A DNA stretch of 62,929 bases, counting the filler, from an uncultured Chlamydiae bacterium (GTDB taxonomy: Bacteria > Chlamydiota > Chlamydiia > Chlamydiales > SM23-39): NCBI GenBank assembly GCA_937899275.1. It is 9 parts of 9 records of this genome, joined end to end, with 100 filler letters (N's around TTAATTAATTAA, not from the genome) between each part and the next. Parts side by side here need not be neighbours in the genome. Positions count along the whole stretch, not along the records: positions 10,439 to 12,494 come from CALBPE010000003.1; positions 12,595 to 13,712 come from CALBPE010000004.1; positions 13,813 to 17,946 come from CALBPE010000006.1; positions 18,047 to 24,078 come from CALBPE010000007.1; 5 more parts are not named here. One strand, given 5' to 3'. This document shows positions 11,065 to 19,155 of the stretch, piece by piece. The notes below the pieces were generated by a model. It searched no databases. It was given only the letters and a program-made list of their open reading frames with translations, and was not told the DNA's origin. The position numbers were made by a program, and so were the translations under genes. The first letter of the stretch is position 1. Each line of letters begins with the position of its first letter.

Positions 11065-11275
11065 TCACTCAATAATTGTGCAAAATCGGCATTGTGTATC
11101 TTTGCTCCTTTCTTGATCGGCTGCACTTGGTTTATGCGGATCTAAATGCTTAGCAATCGAAGGGTCATAAGTTGGTCTATTAAAATCTACATACCTTGCA
11201 AGGAAAGTATCTTCAGGATCTGCGCGCATTTCATTCGATTGGAAATAGTCCTTTTTTATTTTTTCCTTTCCTTGT
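11065..11275 (-). pseudogene. 3' remnant of a hypothetical gene whose 5' part is replaced by IS sequence
   Basis: The upstream half of ORF 11065..11433 is the antisense of the IS2-like transposase; only the distal part looks like an independent reading frame. Confidence 0.35.
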
Positions 11276-11284
11276 AGGAGTAAG

Positions 11285-11704
11285 GCTAGGTTTATGACTA
11301 AATCCAACCATAGCGTTGAGCGCCCCAATGGAGAGCGCGTGCATATAGCGTTCTCAGTCGACGCATGCGATAGAGAAGTTCTGAGGCGATTAGAGATCTG
11401 ATGCTGAAAAGCGTAGAGTATAGAACAGGACAAAACCGGTTAACCACACCAGTCCAATGGCTGTCGGATAACGGAAGCTATTATACAACTAAAGAAACCG
11501 TCCGTTTTGGTAGAGATCTAGACCTAGAAATCTGCACAAAGACGGCGTATAGTCCAGAGAGTAATGGGATCTCGTAAGCGTTCGTTACAACGTGTAAAAG
11601 AGACTACATACGGCGTAAGGAGTTAAAAATACTCTCACCAAAAGAGTGTGTAGAAAAAACGAAGTTAGCAGGCTAGTGGTCCACTTTTTTCATAGCATCT
11701 CCCA
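11285..11704 (+). mobile_element. Degenerate IS3-family (IS2 subgroup) transposase OrfB remnant with probable right end
   Basis: Plus-strand translation PNGERVHIAFSVDACDREV / IRDLMLKSVEYR...PVQWLSDNGSYY...ETVRFGRDLDLE...AYSPESNGIS*AFVTTCKRDYI / LSPKE closely parallels IS2 OrfB. Ends in TGGTCC...CTCCCA at about 11677-11704. Confidence 0.85.
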
Positions 11705-11792
11705 AATTTTTGCAAATGCTAACCTGATATTGCAGTCTCTATCAAATCTTTTTAATCAAAAAGCCCTGAACGAAGGTAGATTTTCTACCGAT

Positions 11793-12494
11793 CTAAGGTA
11801 ACATCCAAGAAAAAATAGTAAAGGTGTTTCGTAAGATTTCTTCCTTGAAAGTCCTAGTGGTCATATATTTCAGTACAACGTTTTTTATATTCTTTACGGT
11901 TGGATGATTGGGTTTATTAAGAAAGCAGTGTTGCAAAGTATAAGCAGTAGCTGCTTGGTAGATGGCTTTTTTCACTTGCTCTTGCGTTCCGTCTGGATAC
12001 TTCTCCATTTGGTAGCCAAATGTAAATAAGGCAGAAGTCTCCCTCTTCAGGCCGTACCACAAATACATGGCCGGACCATCGGGTTGAGGACCTAAATCCG
12101 CGCTGTAATTCTTCTGCAGATCAGCACTGTAGTGAGCTTTAAACTTTTTGTATAAGAAGTGGTGGAGCTCTTTTTCGTAATTCATATGTTCATTGTCATC
12201 TAATAACTGAGAATACCTCTCTTGTAGTGATTTGAGAGATTTAAGCTCTTGTTGGTCTTTTGTTGGATCAATTGATAAACTCTCAACAATCCATGTACGG
12301 TATTGCTGTGGGTTTTTGTCAATGAAATCAGAGATGATCTTAGGTATTTCGCTTGAGATATGTCTAGCATCTCTAAATAGTACAGCAGCTCCTAGGCCGA
12401 TGAAGGCGCTTGCCAAGGTGATTAGGGGCAGTTGATAGGCTAAAGCAAGCGCTCCTACAAGAAAAGAGATAGCAAGTGTGGCAACAGCGGTGAT
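11793..12494 (-). CDS. Inc-like (inclusion membrane) hypothetical protein, 5' truncated
   Basis: Frame is open to the linker: ITAVATLAISFLVGALALAYQLPLITLASAFIGLGAAVLFR bilobed hydrophobic segment followed by a hydrophilic helical domain. Confidence 0.55.
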   Translation of the reverse strand: MTAVATLAISFLVGALALAYQLPLITLASAFIGLGAAVLFRDARHISSEIPKIISDFIDKNPQQYRTWIVESLSIDPTKDQQELKSLKSLQERYSQLLDDNEHMNYEKELHHFLYKKFKAHYSADLQKNYSADLGPQPDGPAMYLWYGLKRETSALFTFGYQMEKYPDGTQEQVKKAIYQAATAYTLQHCFLNKPNHPTVKNIKNVVLKYMTTRTFKEEILRNTFTIFSWMLP

Positions 12495-12594
12495 NNNNNN
12501 NNNNNNNNNNNNNNNNNNNNNNNNNNNNNNNNNNNNNNTTAATTAATTAANNNNNNNNNNNNNNNNNNNNNNNNNNNNNNNNNNNNNNNNNNNN

Positions 12595-13139
12595 ACGCAA
12601 TTTATAGTTTAAGTACAACATTTATGAATGGGTTTTAGCCTCTTATATCTTCTATCTCTAAAGCGCAGGCTATGGAAATTAACACCTATTTAATGGGTAT
12701 GGATTTTTTCCTTCTCCCTATTTGCGGTTGGATTTCTGTAAAATATCAAAAAGAACGAGTCATGTATTTGAGCGCTTTTACTGTGAGTTTGATCGCCATG
12801 CCCTGTTTTTTTCTGCTGAAAGGAGCCTCTTTTGTTCTCGCATTTTGGATTAGGACTTTTTTGATCATATTAGGCGTACTATTTTCAGCCCCATTTTATG
12901 ATTGGGCTATAGAAAAACTCCCGTCACAAAATAGACTTTTGCTCTTGAGTTTTGGCTACTCTTTAGGTACGCAAAGTATTGGAGCTAGCGCATCATCTAT
13001 TTGTTTATGGCTTTACAAAACTACAGGTCTATCTATAGCCCCTGGCATCTACCTATTTGTTACAGGAATATTTGCTGCTTATTTTGTGAAAAAAATGGAA
13101 AAAACCCCTTCGCAAGATCTAGTAACTTTCCCATCGTAG
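12595..13139 (+). CDS. MFS transporter (ProP/MHS-like), C-terminal part; in-frame TAG at 12636-12638
   Basis: Multiple TMs, GWISVKYQKERV loop, EKLPSQNR...SFGYSLG motif. Confidence 0.75.
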
Positions 13140-13202
13140 TTTTTCTGAAACCGTTGTTCTAAATCAGTTTCTTTTTTACCATAGATTTCCTAAGAGATCG
13201 GT

Positions 13203-13712
13203 ATGCGTATTTTATTTGTTAAGCTCAGTTCTATGGGCGATGTTTTGCAAGCTTTAGCAGCAGTTCATGATGCCTTTGAAGCGATTACAGATTTAGAAAT
13301 AGATTGGGTAGTTGATGAAAGCTTTCAAGAAATACCAACTCTTCACCCAAAAATCCATAACTTGATTTTACCACACCATCGCAAGTGGAGAACGAGCCCC
13401 ATCAAATACCGTAAAGAAATTTGGCAGTTTTGTAAAAAACTGCGCTCTAAACGTTATGATCTCGTCTTAGATGGACAAACAAACTGGAAAAGCGCTTTAA
13501 TCACCTTTTTTTCTAAAGGCCACTCTGTGGGCTTAGACAAACATTCTGTAAGAGAGTACATCGCGCACTTTGCATATAAAACTCGTTTGCCTGTTTGTAG
13601 AAATCAGCATGCTTTAGAGCACCTTAGAGAATTTTTTTCTAAAGCTCTCAATTACAAAAAACCCGATTTTTCTCCTTCTTTTGGTTTAAAGATCCCTTCT
13701 TTAGACGCTCAG
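13203..13712 (+). CDS. waaC: LPS heptosyltransferase I (GT9), 3' truncated
   Basis: MRILFVKLSSMGDVLQ, IDWVVDESFQEIPTLHP, RKWR, YDLVLDGQ...KSA motifs. Confidence 0.85.
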
Positions 13713-13812
13713 NNNNNNNNNNNNNNNNNNNNNNNNNNNNNNNNNNNNNNNNNNNNTTAATTAATTAANNNNNNNNNNNNNNNNNNNNNNNNNNNNNNNN
13801 NNNNNNNNNNNN

Positions 13813-14187
13813 AGTCTGTAATACCCATTTCTTTTCTCGATCTTAAGGAGGCTCATAAATTCCTCATTCCAATAAGAGTCCCCCCTTATCAGCCAGTTTG
13901 CGAAGAGGATTTTGCAGGCCATCAAATACCGTACCTAAAAGACCTGGACCTAGCTCTGCTTCTAATAGATGACCAGAAAATGTCACCTTCATGCCGTAAG
14001 AGATGCCTTTAGTATCTTCAAATACCTGCATATTTGCGGTGTCTCCAGCCACTACAATCACCTCTGCCATGAGGGATTGGTCATGTAAATTAACAGAGCC
14101 TACTTCTCCTTGTCTGATCGATCCTTCAAAGGCGATATGAAGTAAGTTACCCAACGCTTTTATGACTGTTCCTGTAGCGGTTTTCAT
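13813..14187 (-). CDS. atpA: V/A-type ATP synthase subunit A, N-terminal part (truncated at linker; noisy 3' end)
   Basis: QVFEDTKG, LEAELGPGLLGTVFDGLQNPL. Continues LE*GIYEPP*DREKKW through two stops to the contig edge. Confidence 0.92.
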
Positions 14188-14210
14188 AGTTTTTCCTATC
14201 TTGTATTGCC

Positions 14211-14966
14211 TTATACGATATGTTTAAGAGCGGTTTTGCCGTTTGCTTCATCCAGCATCCACCAAGACTCAATCAAGTAGAGACGGGCGGCGTAACCTAA
14301 AACCGCATCGACAGAAAAAGGGCGCCCTTCTTCAAATTCTTCTACTACTTGTAACTGGTAGATCAGGAGCTGTTTTTCTAACTCTTTAGGCTGGTTTATG
14401 TATTTCTGAAATAGCGCTTTAACCGGAGCATATCTTTCAGGAACATCGAGCTCCTTAGCATCTTTTTGAGCAAGAAGATGCATAGCAAAAGGATCACCAA
14501 CCTCTTCAAATTGCAGCTCGCTTGTAAGATCTTTTCCCCATTTTTTTGCCCGAAGCGCTGTGATCACAAGACGCAGCTCCCGTTGCCAAGAAAAATACTT
14601 CTGCAAAAAGCCCTTTCTTTCCTGACGGAAAAATTGAGCGTAAAGAGAAGTGAAATGGCGAAGGCGCATTTCTTTATCTGCAAACTTCTGCAAAAAATCT
14701 TGCATATACTCTGGGATATCTTCTTGTACTAAGAGCGCTTCTCTTAACTCTTTTTCAGAGAAAAATCCCCTTGGATCAATGGGCTTTTCGGCTAGTAAAG
14801 ACTTGACGTTTTTCAAATCAATGTAAAACAGGTAATCTCGAAACGCTACCTGATCTTTTGGAGATAAGTTTTCATCTAAAAGGGCTTTTAGCTGCTGAAA
14901 CGACATCTGAGGAAAGATCTTAAGATCAAGAGGAGTAAAAGAGGTCGTTAAAAAGTAATACAGCAT
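14211..14966 (-). CDS. DUF2764 family V-type ATPase subunit (C-like)
   Basis: YYFLTTSF N-terminus, ELRLVITALRAK; lies between atpE and atpA as in chlamydial V-ATPase operons. Confidence 0.8.
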   Translation of the reverse strand: MLYYFLTTSFTPLDLKIFPQMSFQQLKALLDENLSPKDQVAFRDYLFYIDLKNVKSLLAEKPIDPRGFFSEKELREALLVQEDIPEYMQDFLQKFADKEMRLRHFTSLYAQFFRQERKGFLQKYFSWQRELRLVITALRAKKWGKDLTSELQFEEVGDPFAMHLLAQKDAKELDVPERYAPVKALFQKYINQPKELEKQLLIYQLQVVEEFEEGRPFSVDAVLGYAARLYLIESWWMLDEANGKTALKHIV

Positions 14967-14972
14967 AAATAC

Positions 14973-15608
14973 TTATGAATGTTTGGTAAAAAGCATATCT
15001 CGAAAATCTTTTCGTAAAGAAGCTGCCAAAAGGCTTTTGATCGAGTCTTCTGTCATTTGGACCCGAAAGTTTTCATTTGCAAAAGAAACCTCGACTCCCT
15101 TCAATCCTGACAGATCTGTTAGCTCTTCTGGTTTTTTTTCAAGCCGCTTTCTTATGTTTTCATGAACGGCTTGTAAGATTTTTTCTTTGGGAACATGCTT
15201 TGTGATGAACGTAGAAAAATCCCCAGAAAACCCCTCTTTTTTTGCGCCGTCTACTAAACCTTCAATAATCGATGCAAGGATATTTGGATCTTCTAGCTCT
15301 TTACCAAAAAGATCTTTGATACCTTGTTTGAACAATTTTTTCTCAATAGCTTCTTGCAAACGGTCTATAGCAGCTGTAAAAGCTAATTGAATAGACGCTG
15401 TAAAGGTTTCTTGTTTAGCCGCCAACTCTTTTTCAAGAGCAGCAAGACGCTTTTGACTTTCTTCTGCCGCTTTTTTTAAGATCTTTTCTTTTTCTAATTG
15501 CGCATTTTCTACAATTTCCCGCGCTTCTTGTTGCGCAGGTTCAATCGTTTCTTTTCTAAGAATGGAACAGATTTCTGCGACTTTATTTTTGGAACCGAGT
15601 TGCGACAT
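14973..15608 (-). CDS. atpE: V/A-type ATP synthase subunit E
   Basis: ICSILRKETIEPAQQEAREIVENA coiled N-terminus, LRKDFRDMLF C-terminus, operon position. Confidence 0.88.
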   Translation of the reverse strand: MSQLGSKNKVAEICSILRKETIEPAQQEAREIVENAQLEKEKILKKAAEESQKRLAALEKELAAKQETFTASIQLAFTAAIDRLQEAIEKKLFKQGIKDLFGKELEDPNILASIIEGLVDGAKKEGFSGDFSTFITKHVPKEKILQAVHENIRKRLEKKPEELTDLSGLKGVEVSFANENFRVQMTEDSIKSLLAASLRKDFRDMLFTKHS

Positions 15609-15887
15609 ACGTTCTCCAGGAAGTAGATTACTAGATCAATTTATCGAAATACGCCTTTTTTTACGAGCAAAGATTTCTGCGTAAATCTGTTACACCATGT
15701 TCACTAGACTCAATGGAGCGCGCCAATGGCAGTCGATCTGCCGGCTTCTTTCTCTTATGTACAGCTTGGAAGTTGCAATGTAGTAAAAAAAAATGTAGAA
15801 AATTATATAGGTATTGTGTTTTCTAATTCTTAGATAAGGATATAGCATTTTTGCTAGATTACCTAACTTACAACCCTGGAGAATAGG

Positions 15888-16121
15888 ATGAAAAAATTCG
15901 CTACAGCGCTCGCGCTTATGTCCATGACTTTATTTACCTCAACTGCTCATGCAGATGTACATAAGTATAAAATGAAAGGTTCTGCTTCTAAAGAGAGCAC
16001 TGACATGGTATTTGATATGGCTTGGCCTGTTGCAGTAGGTACGCTTGCAGTAATCGTTACTGTAGCTACCCTTGCCGCTACAAGCTCTACAAACAGATCA
16101 CCAACATTTCCACAAAACTAA
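15888..16121 (+). CDS. Small hypothetical membrane protein (signal peptide plus C-terminal TM)
   Basis: RBS upstream, MKKFATALAL...AHA signal, WPVAVGTLAVIVTVATLAA TM. Confidence 0.65.
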   Translation: MKKFATALALMSMTLFTSTAHADVHKYKMKGSASKESTDMVFDMAWPVAVGTLAVIVTVATLAATSSTNRSPTFPQN

Positions 16122-16129
16122 CGCAGTAC

Positions 16130-16160
16130 ATAAGCCTCTCAAGATTCTTGAGAGGCTTAT
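16130..16160. terminator. Near-perfect 31-bp palindrome between two small ORFs
   Basis: ATAAGCCTCTCAAGA-T-TCTTGAGAGGCTTAT. Confidence 0.65.
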
Positions 16161-16178
16161 ACTAAAAAAAGGGCGCTT

Positions 16179-16403
16179 ATGTGCAAGTATCTACTCTACT
16201 TATCCACTTTTCTACTTGTGTGCAGCCCTATCTGCGCAAGAGATTATTACGCATCTCCTCACCCTAATCGCATCCAAAGGCGAGGTAGAGCTGCTATGGA
16301 AAGCTCAGAAAATGTCATCGCCTACTCTATGATTTTTTGGGGCGTAGGTATCGGGGTTGTAGCAGCTGTTGTAGCAGGAATGGTACAAGGCTCAAAAAAC
16401 TAA
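16179..16403 (+). CDS. Small hypothetical membrane protein (signal peptide plus C-terminal TM)
   Basis: Same architecture as 15888..16121; YSMIFWGVGIGVVAAVVAGMV TM. Confidence 0.6.
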   Translation: MCKYLLYLSTFLLVCSPICARDYYASPHPNRIQRRGRAAMESSENVIAYSMIFWGVGIGVVAAVVAGMVQGSKN

Positions 16404-16437
16404 ACGAGAAACTGCATTAGCATACCCCCCAATTTTT

Positions 16438-17124
16438 ATGAAAATATTGTTAAAAACCTGCTGCTTTATCTTAATCAGCTCCCTTAATCTACTCGAAGCT
16501 ACTACCGCGTATTTTACACCTCCAGAAAGCTGGAAAGAAGTCGATCCAAAACACCTTTCTCCACTAGTGCAGATGGGATATGTTGGCAAAGGAAAAGAAG
16601 GGTTTTCTCCTTCCATCAATATCGCAAAAGAACCGATCGATCAGATGAGTCAAAAAGAATACCTACAGATCGTAAAAAAGCTACATAAAGATCATCCTGG
16701 CACATCGTGGAGGCATTTAGGCTCATTACAAACCCAATCGGGAAAAGCAGATCTTACAGAAATCACCGTTGAAAACCATCTAGGAACAGTCAAACTGTTG
16801 CAATGTATTATTGCAAAAAACGGCTACGCGCATATCCTTACTGGAGCGTCCTCTAGTAAAGAGTTTGGCAAGTTCCGGCAAATCTTCACCCAGTCGTTCC
16901 GCTCTTTTGCAGTAGTACAAGACTTAATGGAAGCGATTCAAAATCCTGCAAAAAAAACGGCCGTTCAACAAAAGCTGCTTTCGTTAAAGCAGCTGCTCAA
17001 AAGCTCTATTTCCGCTAAAGAAAAAGAAAAAGCAGCCCTTGGGTTTCATCAGTATTTAGTAGATGAGTGCAAAGAGCAGGGTAAGTACTGGCAGTATCTG
17101 ATGATCAAACAACTACAAAATTAG
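16438..17124 (+). CDS. Conserved chlamydial exported protein (CT311-like, PsbP/DcrB-like fold suspected)
   Basis: Signal peptide, FTPPESWKE, FSPSINIAKE; lies between atpE and tal as in Chlamydia. Confidence 0.6.
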   Translation: MKILLKTCCFILISSLNLLEATTAYFTPPESWKEVDPKHLSPLVQMGYVGKGKEGFSPSINIAKEPIDQMSQKEYLQIVKKLHKDHPGTSWRHLGSLQTQSGKADLTEITVENHLGTVKLLQCIIAKNGYAHILTGASSSKEFGKFRQIFTQSFRSFAVVQDLMEAIQNPAKKTAVQQKLLSLKQLLKSSISAKEKEKAALGFHQYLVDECKEQGKYWQYLMIKQLQN

Positions 17125-17946
17125 CTGCCCATTTTTTTTAGATACGCCTCTAACGTTCTAATATCTGCAGAAAACTTCCGAATCCCTTCCGAAAGCTTTT
17201 CTACAGCCATAGGATTTTCATTGAAAGCAAACCTAAACGCTGACTCAGTTAGTACTTTTTTCGGCTGTTCACAGCGGCTTTTATCAGGAGAAAGCTTGCG
17301 AGTTACTTGCCCTACTCCTTGTTCCAACTCCGCTAATAGCTTGGGAGATATCGTTAAAAGGTCACATCCAGCAAGCTCTAATACCTCTTCTTTATTCCGA
17401 AAAGATGCGCCCATAATCTCCGTCGGATAGCCGTGCGTTTTATAATACGCATAAATCTCTTGTACAGATAAAACGCCAGGATCTTTTTCCGCTGGATAGC
17501 TTTCTTTATTTTCTGCTTTTTTATACCAGTCTAAAATTCTTCCAACAAAAGGTGAAATCAACGTAGCTCTTGCTTCAGCGCAAAGCGCTGCTTGCTCTAA
17601 AGAAAATAAGAGCGTCATATTGCAATGAATCCCCTCTTTTTCCAGCTCTTTTGCCGCAAGAGCGCCTTCCCAAGTAGAGGCCAGTTTGATCAAAACTCTT
17701 TCCCTTGGAATACCTCTTGACTGGTACTCCCGGATAAAGCGTCTTGCTTTTTCTACACTTTTTTTCACATCAAAAGAAAGCCTTGCATCGACTTCTGTAG
17801 AAACTCTTCCAGGCACAATATCTAAAATCGCCTCCCCAAAATTGACAAAAACAAGATCGAGTGCAAGAGATAGATCGCCCTTTGCATCTACAACCGCTTT
17901 TTTGACTAATTCTTCGAATTCACTCATCTTGGCTGCGGCTAAAATA
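17121..17946 (-). CDS. tal: Transaldolase, 5' truncated
   Basis: VPGRVSTEVDARLSFD, IKLASTWEG, CNMTLLFS, ISPFVGRI, MGASFRN. Confidence 0.96.
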
Positions 17947-18046
17947 NNNNNNNNNNNNNNNNNNNNNNNNNNNNNNNNNNNNNNNNNNNNTTAATTAATT
18001 AANNNNNNNNNNNNNNNNNNNNNNNNNNNNNNNNNNNNNNNNNNNN

Positions 18047-18110
18047 GCAATATCTGGCAATATCTGGCAATATCTGGCAATATCTGGCAATATCTGGCAA
18101 TATCTGGCAA
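18047..18110 (+). repeat. Perfect 10-bp tandem repeat (TATCTGGCAA) x6+, running off the contig start
   Basis: GCAA followed by six exact TATCTGGCAA units. Confidence 0.95.
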
Positions 18111-18115
18111 TCAAT

Positions 18116-19108
18116 ATGCAGCAGAATGCTTTGCAAACTGAAAAATATAGCTCCTTCGACCAAATGCCTTGTCCAGAATGCGACTTTTCTGCGTTGGATA
18201 AAAAACGTCTAAAAGCATTTTTTGCAAAACTGGGTAAAAAAGAATAGGCAGCATATCTACAAACATTGCAGATACTTGTCCCTTATCAAAATCGTATGGT
18301 TTGCTCGAAAGGGGGAGTGATCATGTTTGGATCAGATGGGTATATAAACTCCTATTTTCCTAACACAAGGGTGCGGTGTGCGAGGTTTCAGGGGGAAGAT
18401 AAAGTGCATTTTCTAGATCAGTATGATGTAGAGGGAACTATTGTAGATGCGGTGGATGAAGTGATCCGGTTTATCCAAAGAAATACTAGACTTGCAGCAT
18501 CTGTTCAAGGGATGAATCGAAAAGATATCGCTGAATACGATCCCATCACTATTCGTGAAGTCTTAATCAATGCTTTAGTGCATGCAGATTATTCTATTCA
18601 AGGTATGCATATTCGTGTTGCGATCTTTTCTAACCGTTTAGAAATAGAAAGCCCTGGGCAGCTTCCCTACGGATGCACTATAGACGACTTTTTTGCTGGA
18701 GTCAGTCATGTACGAAATAGGGTGATTGCTAGAGCTTTTCATGAATTGGATCAAATGGAGCAGTGGGGAACGGGATATAGAAGAATACAGGAGTCTTGTA
18801 AAAAAGAAGGCTACTCTTTGCCTAAATGGGAGGAAATAGGGCTATCCTTAAAGGTAACTCTTTATCCACATCCTGCGACAAAAGAAAACCGCTTTTTTGC
18901 AGCAGGTAAAGATACAAGAGAGAGGGAAATTCAGAAGGTATTGCAAGAAAAAGGCGCTCTTACCAGTCGGGAGATTCAGGAGCATCTTGGCAATATTGTA
19001 GCTGAAAGAACGATCCGATATGATTTGGCTAAGATGGAAAAACAAGGCCTTGTCACCAAAAAAGGCAAAGGGCCTGCAGTTCAGTGGGTGATCAAGCCTA
19101 CAGAATAG
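18116..19108 (+). CDS. ATP-binding regulator with 'RecG C-terminal-like' HATPase_c_4 domain and C-terminal HTH; N-terminal domain missing, in-frame TAG at 18245-18247
   Basis: SFDQMPCPECDFSALD linker, IREVLINALVHADY, RLEIESPG, RNRVIA, MEQWGTGY, ERTIRYDL...GKGPA wHTH. Confidence 0.82.
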
Positions 19109-19155
19109 ATCTATCTTTGCTTGCTATGCAGTCTTTTTTTTGGCATAAAGAAGAA

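Noticed and set aside
11065..11090. C-terminal CaaX prenylation motif
   Set aside because: The protein ends CTIIE, so the Cys is at -5, not -4.
11276..11433. N-terminal half of ORF 11065..11433
   Set aside because: Antisense of the IS2-like transposase remnant.
13813..13866. atpA as a pseudogene
   Set aside because: The stops lie in the last ~55 bp of a contig with conserved residues around them; this is typical of edge errors.
15660..15790. Possible ncRNA between atpE and the small ORFs
   Set aside because: Only a 5-bp hairpin (GGCAG/CTGCC); no recognisable family or terminator.
18047..18110. CRISPR array
   Set aside because: 10-bp units with no spacers, and no cas genes. No repeat-spacer array was seen anywhere in the window.
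18862..18870. DnaA box TTATCCACA / replication origin
   Set aside because: A single copy inside a CDS; there is no box cluster or dnaA near dnaN.
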